A stretch of 39,504 bases of DNA, from sequence record BK061479.1; one strand, given 5' to 3'. How positions within the stretch are numbered: the stretch's first letter is position 1; each line of letters begins with the position of its first letter. Source of the stretch: Pseudomonas phage vB_PaeS-D14F. The notes beneath the pieces are model-generated. The model was not told the DNA's origin. It made no database searches and was given only the letters and a program-made list of their open reading frames with translations. Of this stretch, positions 8,796 through 18,436 are shown in pieces. A program made the translations under genes and the position numbers.

Positions 8796-11700
8796 CTAGA
8801 TAATCTGCTTGACGGCCTGGCGGTTCTTGTTCAGCCAGACCAGGAAGTGTTCGCCGCCTTTGCCGGCCCACATGTCGGCCGCCATCTGATCCGTGTCTTG
8901 AACGGCGTGCAGGTAGATCGAGTTGGCGACCGAGGTACTGAAGTTCTTGGAGGGCTCCTGCAGGCGCGAAGCAGAAAGGCCCGGAGCGGGCATGGCCGGA
9001 GCAGGAGTCCCCATCAGGCCGCCCGTAGCGTGGCGGACTGGGTTCGCCCAGGCGCCCAGGGCAGCCATGCCATACCGGTTGAACTGCTCCAGAAACGCGA
9101 GTGCGCCGGGCTGCCGTACCACGGCGGCACGGGTCATGAACTCGTCGTTGGAGGCCAGGATCGGGATGCTGTCGCTGGTGCCGGTGCCTGGTCCTTGGAT
9201 ACGCCCGCCATCGGCGAAGCCACCTCCGAAATACGCACTGGCGGCACTCATGCCCAGTTGCAACCAGCCACCACCACCGCCAGTGCCGCCAGCAGCACCG
9301 CCACCGAATAGGCTGCTGAACAGGTTGCCGAACAAACTGGCACCCTGACCAAACACTCCAGCCAGCGCGCTCGCCAGAGTGCCACCGCCCGACGTGGTTG
9401 CTTCGCTGATCGCGCTGCCCATTGCGGCTGCGCCTTCGGTCGACGCGGCAGCAATAGCAGCCGCTGGACCGGCTTGTCCGGCTGCAGAGGCTGCGCCGCC
9501 CAGCACCTGGCCACCGTTCGCTGCCGCTAGCGATGCGGCTGCAGCCTGAATCGCCGCGGCGCCGGTCACGAGAGTGCCTCCCGCGGTTGCCAGGGCGCCG
9601 GCCGATGCCGAGACCGCCGAGGCACCTACGGCCAGGTCTTTGCTGCCAGCGTCTTTGGTCTCGCCGAGTCCGAAGCTACTGAGCAACGATGCTCCGAGCT
9701 GCCTGGTCGCCATACGAGCGGAGTCGGCCGCGAGCGTACGGAGAAAGTCATCCAGGCTGGCCTTACCCGTTGTTACGGCGGAAACGACGCTGTTCTCCAG
9801 GCCAGACATCGCGTTGCTGAACAGGTCGTAGGTCTGGCCCGCGACGTTCCTGGCCGAGTCGAGATAGTCGGCGAACGCCGAGCGGGCACCGTTGGTCCAG
9901 TCTGCCTGCGCGATCTGCAAGGCCGCGTAGTTGCGTTGGAGCTGCTCGGTCATCGCCGCGTGGTTCGCCTGCAGCTTCTGCAGCTTGTCGTTGTACTCGT
10001 CGAGGCTCATGCCACGCGAGCCGTCGCCGTACTGGCTCGCCAGGTCCAGGCGCTGCTGTGCGAATCGGTCGTCAAGGCTGCCACGCTGATCGAACAAGCG
10101 GCGCTGTTGCGCGCCCATGCCCACGGCAGCGGCGGCACGTTGACCCTGGAGGGCCAGCGCATCCTGTTGTTGCTGGAGCGCATCGCTGTAGGCCTTGACT
10201 GCCTGGGCCTGTTTCTTCAGGCGCCCCTGTTCGTTGAGCTGGAGGACTTCCAGGTCGGCGTCTGCCTTCTTCTGCGCCTTGACCATGTTGTTCCTGGCCT
10301 CGGCGATCTTCTGGTCCAGGCTGATGCGCTGGGCCGCCGTGGTGGAACTTTTGTCGCGCAGCGCCTCCAGCGCCTGGATTTCCCCCTCATAGGCTGCGGT
10401 GACCTGGTCCTTGTTCTGGCTGATCAGTTCGCCGCGCTGCGCGACATAGTCCGCATAGCTCAGCAGGCCGGCGCGCTGCTGCGCCTGGAGCTTCTGCTCG
10501 GCGTTCCTGTAGTCGGCCTGCAACTGGTCCAGCTGGTTCTTCGCTTCGGTGACGGTGGACTGATCGAGTGGAGTACTCGGCCCCTTCGGAGTCTTCGGGT
10601 CTTTGTACTTCTGATCAATGGCCTTGCGAGCAGCGGCGATGTTTTCCGGCCGCAGGCGCTCGTCGTTCGGGTTCGTGGCTTGAATCGCGGCGATGCTGCG
10701 ATCCAATTCCCGGTTCAACTTGTCCCGTTTCTCTTTATTGGTGCGAACAGTCTCCAGCAGCCGGTCCATACTCTGCTGACCGCGCGTGGCTTCACTATCC
10801 AAATAAGCCTTGAGCCGCGCCGCCTGGGCTTTCTCGCCTTCATCTTGAATTTCCTGAAGGGCATCGGTGAATTGCTTCCCGCGTTCCTCGTCCGACATTG
10901 AGTTGCGCTGGAAAGCCTTGCGCACCTCGTTGAGCCAGCCGAGCGGCCCGAAAACTGCGGCACTGGCAGCTGCCTGGCCTGGCTTGAACGCCGGACCGCT
11001 CAGTTGCTCCAGACGCTCTTCAGGCGTTTCCGTGCGGCCCACGCCGAGCATCTCGTCCCATGCACCTTTTGCGATGTCGCCAACAGTCCTCCACGCGCGC
11101 TCCATCGTGCCCAGGTTCTCGACGATCTGATTCGCCCGCTCGTCCATAGCCTGGCTATAGGCGTCCATGGCGAACTGGGCAGCACCCAGCGTGTCCCCCT
11201 GCCTCTCCAGGGCAGTGATCTGCTCGTACACCGAGGCCGTCAGGTAGTGATAGCGGTCATTGAGCTGCTGCGACGCCTTGACCGGATCATCGGCCAGCTT
11301 GGAGAACTCGGCCACGGTTTCAGAAACGGCCTTACCAGTCGCCTCCTGCATAGCAATCGCAGTGGTTCCGACCTGTTCGATCTGCTCGACCGTGAACTTA
11401 CCTGTGGAAGTGATCTCCGACAGCGCGGCCACAGCTTCGTACCGTGTACCGTTCACTTTGGCAAGCGATGCGGCCATCGCTGCCAGCTGCCCAGCGCTGG
11501 TGCCGGCATAGTTGCCGGTCAGGATGATTGATTCGTTGAGTTCGCTGGCTTCGTCGCTGCCTTTCTTGTAGGCATAGGCCAATGCGACAGCCGCCGCTGC
11601 GGCCGCCGCTGCAACGATGGCAAATGCGCCGCCAGCACTCCCCAGCCCTGAAAGCGCTCCCTTGGCGTTTTCCGCCGCTTCAGCCGTGGTGTTTGCCGTA

Positions 11701-12638
11701 TCGGCCATGTCGGTGAAGCCGTCGCTGACATTGTCGGCCCCATCGGCAACCGCCGATTGCTCCTTTGCAACGGCCGCAAGGCCTTCGCCCACGGCAAGAA
11801 TGCCGCCAGCATTTACGGAACTGGTCAGGCCGAAGAACGACTTGATCTTTTCACCGAGCGCCCTGAAGGTTTCCCCGACGCCACCGAAACTATCGGTGAT
11901 CTGGCCGCCCTGCTGGATAGCGACCATCCAGACCGGCATGCCGCTGGCCAGACTGGTAACAACGTCAGTGATCTGTGCCGGCAACTGCCGCATCGCCTGC
12001 TTGTACTGCCCCGCGGACAGTCCGGCGACTTTCATCGCATCAGACGTTCCGAGCAGCCGTTCACGTTGTTCCTGGAGCCGCGCGCTGTAGGTCGCAAAGC
12101 CCTCGGGATCAATCAGTTGGGAGTTCCTGGCCTGCCCCAGGCGTTTTTCCAGGTTGTCGAGCTTCTCCAGCTCACGCGTAACCGGATCGATCGCTCCCAG
12201 CAACTTGGCCAGCTCCGACTGCTGCTTGTCGAACTCGGCCGAGGCCTTGGCGGCGGCTTCGGCGGCTCGCTGCTCGGTCGCGATCTGCTGCTGCCTGGCA
12301 CGCTCGGCGTTGTGGTAGGCGTTCATCGACGCCGATTGGGCGCGTGCGCTCTCCTGCCAACCGGCAGTTGCGGCGCGGGTTGAGGTGTTGAGCTTGTCGG
12401 AACTGTTGGCCAGGGCGTCGAACGCGGCCTGCTGCTGAAGGCTGGCCGCCACCATGGCCTTGAGCCGTGCCGCCTGTTGATCGGCACTCTCGCCGATCGC
12501 ACTCAGCTGACTGCTGGTGGCGGTGGCACTGGTACCGATCTGCTCGACCTGGCTGTTGATGTTATCCAGGGCCTGGGCGCCCTGATTCCCGTCAGCGCGG
12601 ATGCGTAGTGCCAGATCAAGTTCTTTGCCCGTTGCCAT
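8796..12638 (-). CDS. tail tape measure protein (1280 aa)
   Basis: Very long Ala/Gln-rich coiled-coil ORF with a Gly-rich C-terminal region. Sits between the chaperone and distal tail genes. Confidence 0.9.
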   Translation of the reverse strand: MATGKELDLALRIRADGNQGAQALDNINSQVEQIGTSATATSSQLSAIGESADQQAARLKAMVAASLQQQAAFDALANSSDKLNTSTRAATAGWQESARAQSASMNAYHNAERARQQQIATEQRAAEAAAKASAEFDKQQSELAKLLGAIDPVTRELEKLDNLEKRLGQARNSQLIDPEGFATYSARLQEQRERLLGTSDAMKVAGLSAGQYKQAMRQLPAQITDVVTSLASGMPVWMVAIQQGGQITDSFGGVGETFRALGEKIKSFFGLTSSVNAGGILAVGEGLAAVAKEQSAVADGADNVSDGFTDMADTANTTAEAAENAKGALSGLGSAGGAFAIVAAAAAAAAVALAYAYKKGSDEASELNESIILTGNYAGTSAGQLAAMAASLAKVNGTRYEAVAALSEITSTGKFTVEQIEQVGTTAIAMQEATGKAVSETVAEFSKLADDPVKASQQLNDRYHYLTASVYEQITALERQGDTLGAAQFAMDAYSQAMDERANQIVENLGTMERAWRTVGDIAKGAWDEMLGVGRTETPEERLEQLSGPAFKPGQAAASAAVFGPLGWLNEVRKAFQRNSMSDEERGKQFTDALQEIQDEGEKAQAARLKAYLDSEATRGQQSMDRLLETVRTNKEKRDKLNRELDRSIAAIQATNPNDERLRPENIAAARKAIDQKYKDPKTPKGPSTPLDQSTVTEAKNQLDQLQADYRNAEQKLQAQQRAGLLSYADYVAQRGELISQNKDQVTAAYEGEIQALEALRDKSSTTAAQRISLDQKIAEARNNMVKAQKKADADLEVLQLNEQGRLKKQAQAVKAYSDALQQQQDALALQGQRAAAAVGMGAQQRRLFDQRGSLDDRFAQQRLDLASQYGDGSRGMSLDEYNDKLQKLQANHAAMTEQLQRNYAALQIAQADWTNGARSAFADYLDSARNVAGQTYDLFSNAMSGLENSVVSAVTTGKASLDDFLRTLAADSARMATRQLGASLLSSFGLGETKDAGSKDLAVGASAVSASAGALATAGGTLVTGAAAIQAAAASLAAANGGQVLGGAASAAGQAGPAAAIAAASTEGAAAMGSAISEATTSGGGTLASALAGVFGQGASLFGNLFSSLFGGGAAGGTGGGGGWLQLGMSAASAYFGGGFADGGRIQGPGTGTSDSIPILASNDEFMTRAAVVRQPGALAFLEQFNRYGMAALGAWANPVRHATGGLMGTPAPAMPAPGLSASRLQEPSKNFSTSVANSIYLHAVQDTDQMAADMWAGKGGEHFLVWLNKNRQAVKQII

Positions 12639-12724
12639 GTCGAGTCACGTCAGAAAGGAGTGGCTCGCATGGTTACGCGCGCGCGCGAACGGGTCTTTGT
12701 GGCAAGCAAAAAAAACGCCCCGAA

Positions 12725-12868
12725 CTAAGTCCGAAGCGTCTTGAGGTGTTCTTTAGCGTCGTTGCCGCCGGCAAACGCCAGGTTGGTGTCGATGAACTGG
12801 TTAGCCCGGTGGTGGGACAGTCGCCGCTGCTCGGCATCGTAGAGCAGCAGGATCTGCCGCTCGGTCAT
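12725..12868 (-). CDS. small ORF (47 aa). Either an ATGA-coupled gene or the -1 frameshift extension of the tail assembly chaperone
   Basis: The ATG overlaps the TGA of the 168-aa ORF (gaATGAcc). Track ORF 12725..13069 overlaps the chaperone in the -1 frame for ~200 nt. Confidence 0.3.
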   Translation of the reverse strand: MTERQILLLYDAEQRRLSHHRANQFIDTNLAFAGGNDAKEHLKTLRT

Positions 12869-13371
12869 TCGACCGATGGTGCCTGGGGTTCCGTATCCTC
12901 CGGCGATGAGGCAAGCATAGATGTCTGCCCAACGGCCTTCCTGGCCTCTTCGGCTGCCCGTTCGGTTTGAATTCGGTCCACCACCGCCCCGATAAAGAAA
13001 GGGCCGTTCACCAGCCACCAGACGTACAGCAGGAAGTTTCCATCCCGGTGCGGCAAACCTTTCACCCATTCTTCGTCGACGTCGGCCGCCACTGCCATCA
13101 GGTGCGGGATGAGATCCGAGTGCTGGCCGAGCACCACCAGGATCTGCTCTAGGTCGGGAAGCACAGCCCCTTGACTGATGGCATACAGGTCATCGAGCAA
13201 CGGCTGGATCATGGGGCGTAGCCGCAGCCCTTCGACGAATCCGTACTCGCGCACGGTCAGCTTGCGGCCGGCGACCTCGATCTCGCGTTCGGGGTGCAGT
13301 ATCTGCAGATCATCCGCTCCTTGCGCAGCAGCGGGGCCGGGCTTGGCCTTACGTTCTACCTTGCGCCCCAT
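12865..13371 (-). CDS. tail assembly chaperone-like protein (168 aa)
   Basis: Position between the major tail protein and the TMP. Overlapping -1 frame ORF downstream. Confidence 0.55.
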   Translation of the reverse strand: MGRKVERKAKPGPAAAQGADDLQILHPEREIEVAGRKLTVREYGFVEGLRLRPMIQPLLDDLYAISQGAVLPDLEQILVVLGQHSDLIPHLMAVAADVDEEWVKGLPHRDGNFLLYVWWLVNGPFFIGAVVDRIQTERAAEEARKAVGQTSMLASSPEDTEPQAPSVE

Positions 13372-13372
13372 G

Positions 13373-14125
13373 TCAGGCGCCCTTCTGCACGATGCGACCG
13401 AAGCCGCCCAGGTTGGCGTCGGCGGCGTTCAGGGTGTCGTATAGCACGCTACCCGTGAGCTGGAAGTTTCCGTACTCGTCGTTGATGAGTGCCAGGTCAC
13501 CGACCGGGTCGAACTTGCAGCGGTACAGGGTCACGATCACCGGTTCCTGATTCTCGGTGTTGATGCCGTCCAGCAGGATGTAGCGCTCCGGCGGTGGTGA
13601 GGTGAACATGGTGTAACCGGTGGCGACCTCGGAGGCATACGCGGCCTTGAACGGCTGGGTCTTGCCGGTGACATTCAGCAGCTCGATCAAGCCAGCCGTT
13701 GGAGATTCGATACGGTAGTCCGTACCCAAGACCAGCTCCGCAGGCGTGGTGGCACTGTCGGTGAGGACCACCGAGGAGACGAACTGACGGTCCAGCTTCA
13801 CGAAGTCGCCGGCCTTCAGATCGCCCTCAAGGACTTCACCGGTCACCGTGTCGGCGGGCAGCTCGATCTGCGAGGCCCAGATCGCCGCAGCGATGTTCTT
13901 CGGCAGCCACTCGTCGTAGGTGATGTTGACGGTGGCGGTCTTTCCGCGCTGCAGGCGACCGTACTGCAGACGGTTGCCCGAGAACGACTCCGTTGTATTG
14001 GTGCTTTCGGTGGCCATCTGCAGGGTCAAGACCGGTACGTTTCCGGCCCACACAGGGCGGCTCAGCTTGCCGTTGGGCAGGCGCTCGCCGGCCCAGACCC
14101 GACCCTGGAAGGAAAACAGCGACAT
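13373..14125 (-). CDS. major tail (tube) protein, siphovirus type (250 aa)
   Basis: Size and position upstream of chaperone and TMP. Confidence 0.6.
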   Translation of the reverse strand: MSLFSFQGRVWAGERLPNGKLSRPVWAGNVPVLTLQMATESTNTTESFSGNRLQYGRLQRGKTATVNITYDEWLPKNIAAAIWASQIELPADTVTGEVLEGDLKAGDFVKLDRQFVSSVVLTDSATTPAELVLGTDYRIESPTAGLIELLNVTGKTQPFKAAYASEVATGYTMFTSPPPERYILLDGINTENQEPVIVTLYRCKFDPVGDLALINDEYGNFQLTGSVLYDTLNAADANLGGFGRIVQKGA

Positions 14126-14128
14126 GAT

Positions 14129-14338
14129 TTACTCCTTGGCGGCGGGAGCCGCATCTTGAGTTTCGACCGTGATCTTCTGGTGCTGGACCAGGAAGGCCTT
14201 GTCGAGGGTGTTGACGTAGATTTCGGCGCCGGCCGGGTATTTCGTGCCGGCGTGCGTGTGATGAGCGGTGAGTGTCACCTTCTCCTCCTTCGGCACTGAG
14301 ACGGCGGGGATGTCCTGTTTCTTGGCGGGGGTGCTCAT
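14129..14338 (-). CDS. small head-tail joining region protein (69 aa)
   Basis: ATGA-type coupling with neighbours. Confidence 0.45.
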   Translation of the reverse strand: MSTPAKKQDIPAVSVPKEEKVTLTAHHTHAGTKYPAGAEIYVNTLDKAFLVQHQKITVETQDAAPAAKE

Positions 14339-14790
14339 GAGGTTCTCCCGATTGCGTGTTGGGTCTGATAGAGGTCGGTCCAGATCAAAACGGACGTGTC
14401 ATAGTCCACGGGCTGCCCCTGGATGAGTTGACAGTCACGGGCGCCCGCCAGACCAGGCGGCACCCAGCCGATCAGGGCATCTCGCACCTGTCCTAGTACC
14501 GGGCGTAGATCGTCCATCGCGTTCTTGCCCTTGTTGTCCCGGTAGTTGCGGGTTGCAACCACAACACCGAATCGCACCTGGACCATCTGCCGGGTCGCTG
14601 CGCCGGGTGCTCCGGACGAGCGCGGCATCGGCGTTTCTTCGGCGAGGATCACGTAGGCGGTCGGTGTCCGGAAATCGCGGACTGCCTTGATGGCAGCAAA
14701 GTCCGCCGCACCGCCGACACTCGCCAAGACAGCTACCTGATCCTTCAGGCGCTCAATGATCAGGTTGTGATCGAATGGAGCGCTGGACAT
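14335..14790 (-). CDS. Mu gp37-like (DUF1834) head-tail completion protein (151 aa)
   Basis: Position after the gp36-like gene, as in Mu/BcepMu. Family assignment is from memory. Confidence 0.5.
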   Translation of the reverse strand: MSSAPFDHNLIIERLKDQVAVLASVGGAADFAAIKAVRDFRTPTAYVILAEETPMPRSSGAPGAATRQMVQVRFGVVVATRNYRDNKGKNAMDDLRPVLGQVRDALIGWVPPGLAGARDCQLIQGQPVDYDTSVLIWTDLYQTQHAIGRTS

Positions 14791-14791
14791 G

Positions 14792-15307
14792 TCAGAAGTC
14801 CTTCAACTGATCGAGGCTGAAAGTTCGGCCCGGAGTCACCACCTGGGGAGCCCCGCTGGTGGAGTTGGCCACCGGGTCGTCCTGCCCCAGGGAGAACTTG
14901 CCCTCGGCGGTGAGCTGCAGAAATTTCAGGGCGTCCCGGTAGTCACGAACGATCGGGTCTTTCTCCGCGCCTTCACCCAACCGGTCCTTATGCAACAGGT
15001 AGCGCGTGATCGCCCGGTGCCAGCCGACCACGATGCCAAAACGCTGTTGCAGCGGCAGGTAACCACGTTGCTGCAGGAATCCGTCGATGAAGGACCGGGC
15101 ATCGCTCACCGCACTGTCGATGACCTCTACAGCGGCGTTGCCGACCTCGATCTCCTCCGGCGTCCACTGGTCCACCGGCAAGCCGCGCAGCAAGGCATCG
15201 AGCAGCTCGGTCTGGACCGCACGGTACTGCTGAGGCGTCGCGGCCTGGGACAACTCTTCCGCCCCAGGCCGTTCGGCCAGCTCCGGTAACGTGATGTACA
15301 CAGCCAC
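14792..15307 (-). CDS. Mu gp36-like (DUF1320) protein; probable GTG start at 15301 or 15307
   Basis: Track ORF 14792..15448 has an implausible Arg/Ser/Pro-rich N-terminus overlapping the upstream gene. The YITLPELAE start matches the MYATLDDL-type N-terminus of DUF1320. GAGGTG SD at 15310-15305. Confidence 0.55.
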   Translation of the reverse strand: MAVYITLPELAERPGAEELSQAATPQQYRAVQTELLDALLRGLPVDQWTPEEIEVGNAAVEVIDSAVSDARSFIDGFLQQRGYLPLQQRFGIVVGWHRAITRYLLHKDRLGEGAEKDPIVRDYRDALKFLQLTAEGKFSLGQDDPVANSTSGAPQVVTPGRTFSLDQLKDF

Positions 15308-15308
15308 C

Positions 15309-15638
15309 TCAGCAGCCCTCGGGCTGAGCGATGGCGCGCACCAGGGCCATGACACCCGTCTGGATGTCGGTCTTGGCGATCGCAGCCCAGCGCAACGGCT
15401 CTGCAGCCAGGAAGCGACGAAGCTCGACACACTCCGGGCTCGACTCATGCTCAGGTGCCAGCTTCGACGCCTTTGCGGCGGCCTGCTTAACCTCCAGGTC
15501 CGTACTCAGCCGGCCGGCCAACGCGGCCTGCAATGCCAGCAGTTCCGCGCCTACGGCCTTGACACGGTTCATCAGGTCGATGTCGTCCTGAGTCAACTCG
15601 CGATAGCCGGCGATCTTGCGGTGCTGGTTGTCCATCAT
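15309..15638 (-). CDS. hypothetical head-module protein (109 aa)
   Basis: Sits between the capsid-associated small gene and the gp36-like gene. Confidence 0.5.
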   Translation of the reverse strand: MMDNQHRKIAGYRELTQDDIDLMNRVKAVGAELLALQAALAGRLSTDLEVKQAAAKASKLAPEHESSPECVELRRFLAAEPLRWAAIAKTDIQTGVMALVRAIAQPEGC

Positions 15639-15829
15639 AGCACCTCTGGAACGATCGCGCCGATGGGCAGGAGCTGGTCCGCCTGATCGCTGTTCAGCAG
15701 AATGCTGTCGCCAAAGGTGTAGGACTCACCGTCGTGATCCAGGCGTTCGCGTTTGACGATGTAGCGGTTCTTTTCGCCGACACCCTCGGTGTTGGGTGCA
15801 TCCTGGTCGTTGCTCGTTTTACGGGCCAT
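15635..15829 (-). CDS. small head-associated protein (64 aa from Met at 15829)
   Basis: Internal Met 46 nt after the capsid stop. Track ORF 15635..15967 otherwise overlaps the capsid gene. Confidence 0.4.
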   Translation of the reverse strand: MARKTSNDQDAPNTEGVGEKNRYIVKRERLDHDGESYTFGDSILLNSDQADQLLPIGAIVPEVL

Positions 15830-15875
15830 GAGATAGAAACTCCGAGGGCGACCCGAACGGCCGCCCAGTTGAGGG

Positions 15876-16805
15876 TTAAGCCGCGACGGCGTTCTCGAAG
15901 AAGAAGCCGAGGTCCGGTGCGGTGACCAGTTCCTTGACCGATTCACCAACACGGACGCGCTGACCACCGCGCAGGCCGATGTTCGGGTCGGCGATCGAAC
16001 CGGACACGCGATCGCCCCACTGGCCGGTCAAGCCGAAGGTGGTGCCGTTGCGGGTATCGGCCAGGCGGTCGCGATAGATGAAGGACGCATGCGGCCCCCA
16101 GGCCCGAATCAGGCTCGGGTTCTGTCCCGGCCGGGCGATGTTCAGCCGTGCTTCGCCGACGTAGATCGCCTCCAGCTCAAGCAGCTCCTGCAGGAAGGCC
16201 ATCGGCACCATGCCCTCGTCGCCGAGCGTGCCGTTGTATGCCTTCACGATCTTCGGGTGACGGCGCAGGATGGTGGCGGTGCGGCGGCCCAGGACGCCGA
16301 TGTTCGGGCGCAGGATGACGCTGTCCAGGGCGTCGGTGATCTCCGGCAGCGGGTTGCTGGCCGGGTCGCTCCATTGATCGGTGCCAGACAGTGTCCTTTT
16401 GTTGCCCGCGGCATAGCTGTTGGGGTTGAAAACCAGCTTGGAAGTCCGAGCTTCGCGATCGAGCAGGATCAGGTTGGTGGTCTGCTCGGTGGCGTGGCCC
16501 AGGGGGTTGTAGTTCGTCGGCGCGTTGTCGATATCCGCCTGCGGCACCGGGGCGTCCAGGCCGTGGTCCTCGGTGCTGCTGGTTTCGTCGGTGGCGCTAA
16601 ACTCCACTTCGTTCGGCTTGGACTTACGGCCGACCAGGGTTTCCGGCACGGTGAAGCCCTGGGCGAGGTCGTACTTCCAGTACTTGAACTCTTGCTTGCC
16701 GACCGGTACGCGCGGCAGAACCTCGTCTGCGATCATCCGGCCGTTGCGGTAGGCGATGGCGATCGCCGTCAGTTCGGGATCGATGGGAAATGGTGCATTG
16801 CTCAT
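15876..16805 (-). CDS. major capsid protein, Mu gpT-like (309 aa)
   Basis: Sequence and position after the protease/scaffold and a small decoration-like gene. Resembles the Mu-like_gpT family. Confidence 0.85.
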   Translation of the reverse strand: MSNAPFPIDPELTAIAIAYRNGRMIADEVLPRVPVGKQEFKYWKYDLAQGFTVPETLVGRKSKPNEVEFSATDETSSTEDHGLDAPVPQADIDNAPTNYNPLGHATEQTTNLILLDREARTSKLVFNPNSYAAGNKRTLSGTDQWSDPASNPLPEITDALDSVILRPNIGVLGRRTATILRRHPKIVKAYNGTLGDEGMVPMAFLQELLELEAIYVGEARLNIARPGQNPSLIRAWGPHASFIYRDRLADTRNGTTFGLTGQWGDRVSGSIADPNIGLRGGQRVRVGESVKELVTAPDLGFFFENAVAA

Positions 16806-16816
16806 GGAGCGCTCCT

Positions 16817-17194
16817 TCAGGCTACCGGCAGAACGGCCGGGGCGATGTAGACGGACCCGATATCACCCGCGACGCCGCTGAGTTCAGCGAAGCCGATGAT
16901 GTAAGTGGTGGCGGCCGGCGGCAGCGTCGCGGCAACCGCTCGCCCCTGGGCGTCGGCCGTCAGCGCATCACCGCGAGTGACGTTGCCGCCGTACTCGACC
17001 GGCGCCAGGCCGGAACGGATGACGTCGAAGACCGCACCGTCGGCGGCGGGAATTTCGGTGCTGATGCCGATCAGCAGCGCAGTGCTACCGGCAGCCTGGG
17101 CGGCCAGGCCGTCCGAGCTGCCATGAATCACGATGCGGCGGGCGGCGATGGCGCCGCTGGCACGTTTGGCGGCGATGAGTCCGGGAATGTTCAT
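16817..17194 (-). CDS. small Ala/Gly-rich head protein (125 aa), possible decoration/cement protein
   Basis: Sits between the protease/scaffold and the major capsid gene. Confidence 0.45.
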   Translation of the reverse strand: MNIPGLIAAKRASGAIAARRIVIHGSSDGLAAQAAGSTALLIGISTEIPAADGAVFDVIRSGLAPVEYGGNVTRGDALTADAQGRAVAATLPPAATTYIIGFAELSGVAGDIGSVYIAPAVLPVA

Positions 17195-17197
17195 GGC

Positions 17198-18436
17198 CTA
17201 CTTGGCTCCCTTGGTGATGTGGGTAACGGCCTCGGTCGTGCTGATATGGCGTCCAGCCTGCCGCTGTTCTTCCTGATAGCTCTGGGCTCGCGCTGCAATG
17301 GCGTGAGCACTGCCGAAGCTCAGGTCGCCGCCGTCGCCGGATTTCTCGGAAAAGTCCACCTGCTTGGGCAGTTCGGCCAGCAAGCTGCGCAGCACCTCGG
17401 CCGCCGGCTTGGTGACCTGGCCGTCGCCCTCGGCGAACTCCAGGGGGGTGTCGGCAGGCAGACTCACCAGCAACTCGATCACCGGAGCCTTCTGGCGCGG
17501 CAGCAGTCGGCCGGCATTGACCAGGCCTTCGGCGAACTCGGTGACCTCGTTGCGATGTTCCTGGGCTTTTTGCTGGGCCACCTGTGCTTCGCGGGTGGCC
17601 AGTTGTTGCTCGCGCTCGTCGAGCTGGCGTTGGCGCTCATCGAGCGCGGCTTCGTCAGACATGGTCGTGTCCTGTTGTGAGGGATGAGAGGTCCGGTCAG
17701 CCTCTGCCGCTGACTCGGAAGCACCGTCGGATGGGGTGACGGTGCCCTGCGGCTCCTCCGCAGCGGCGGCAGAGGCTGCTGCGGCGTCGACGCCTTCTAT
17801 TGCGGGTTCGGAGAACGACGCCTGGATACTGGCGCCGTGGGTGACTGCACGCCGCGCGTCCTCCTCGATCGAGGACAACTGCCATTGCGGGATGAGCTGG
17901 TCGGCCCGTTCGGCGCCTTCGCGCTCGACGAAGAAGTCACGCAGGCGGCGCAGGATCTCGGTCAGAGCCGTCACCGCGTAGGGCGCTTCCGCGAATTCGA
18001 TGACTAGGTCGCCGTCGTCCTCGGCGAAGTTCAAGGCATCGGGAATGCCCTTGATGGCCGGCGGCACGGCACCGAGGAAGCCGATATGGCGCAAGTAGTG
18101 CTTGCCCGGAACCGGGTTGCCTGGTGAGTCCGGCAGGTACACCGAAGCGCTGCGCTTCTTGTACATCTTGCGGTTCGCGGCTTCTGCGAACTCGGGGACC
18201 ACCTGGTGCGGCTCGGCATAGAGCATGCCCTCGCGCACCTCCAGGCCCTTGGCCCAGCCGTAGGCCGGTGCATTGAGCTTGGGGTGACCGATGACGAGAG
18301 GGGCCTCGCTGAGCGCCGGATCGTAGGTCGCGGCGATCTCCTGCAGGATGGCCTCGGTGAATTCCACCGGGCGGCCGTCGAGGGCGACGTGCCGGCCGGC
18401 GGGGAGGATAGGCAGAGTGGCGGTTGGCTTTTTCAT
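17198..18436 (-). CDS. Mu gpI-like prohead protease / scaffold (412 aa from MKKPTATLP)
   Basis: Track ORF 17198..18550 starts at TTG; first ATG is at 18436. Acidic coiled-coil scaffold-like C-terminus. Position between G-like and capsid genes. Confidence 0.8.
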   Translation of the reverse strand: MKKPTATLPILPAGRHVALDGRPVEFTEAILQEIAATYDPALSEAPLVIGHPKLNAPAYGWAKGLEVREGMLYAEPHQVVPEFAEAANRKMYKKRSASVYLPDSPGNPVPGKHYLRHIGFLGAVPPAIKGIPDALNFAEDDGDLVIEFAEAPYAVTALTEILRRLRDFFVEREGAERADQLIPQWQLSSIEEDARRAVTHGASIQASFSEPAIEGVDAAAASAAAAEEPQGTVTPSDGASESAAEADRTSHPSQQDTTMSDEAALDERQRQLDEREQQLATREAQVAQQKAQEHRNEVTEFAEGLVNAGRLLPRQKAPVIELLVSLPADTPLEFAEGDGQVTKPAAEVLRSLLAELPKQVDFSEKSGDGGDLSFGSAHAIAARAQSYQEEQRQAGRHISTTEAVTHITKGAK

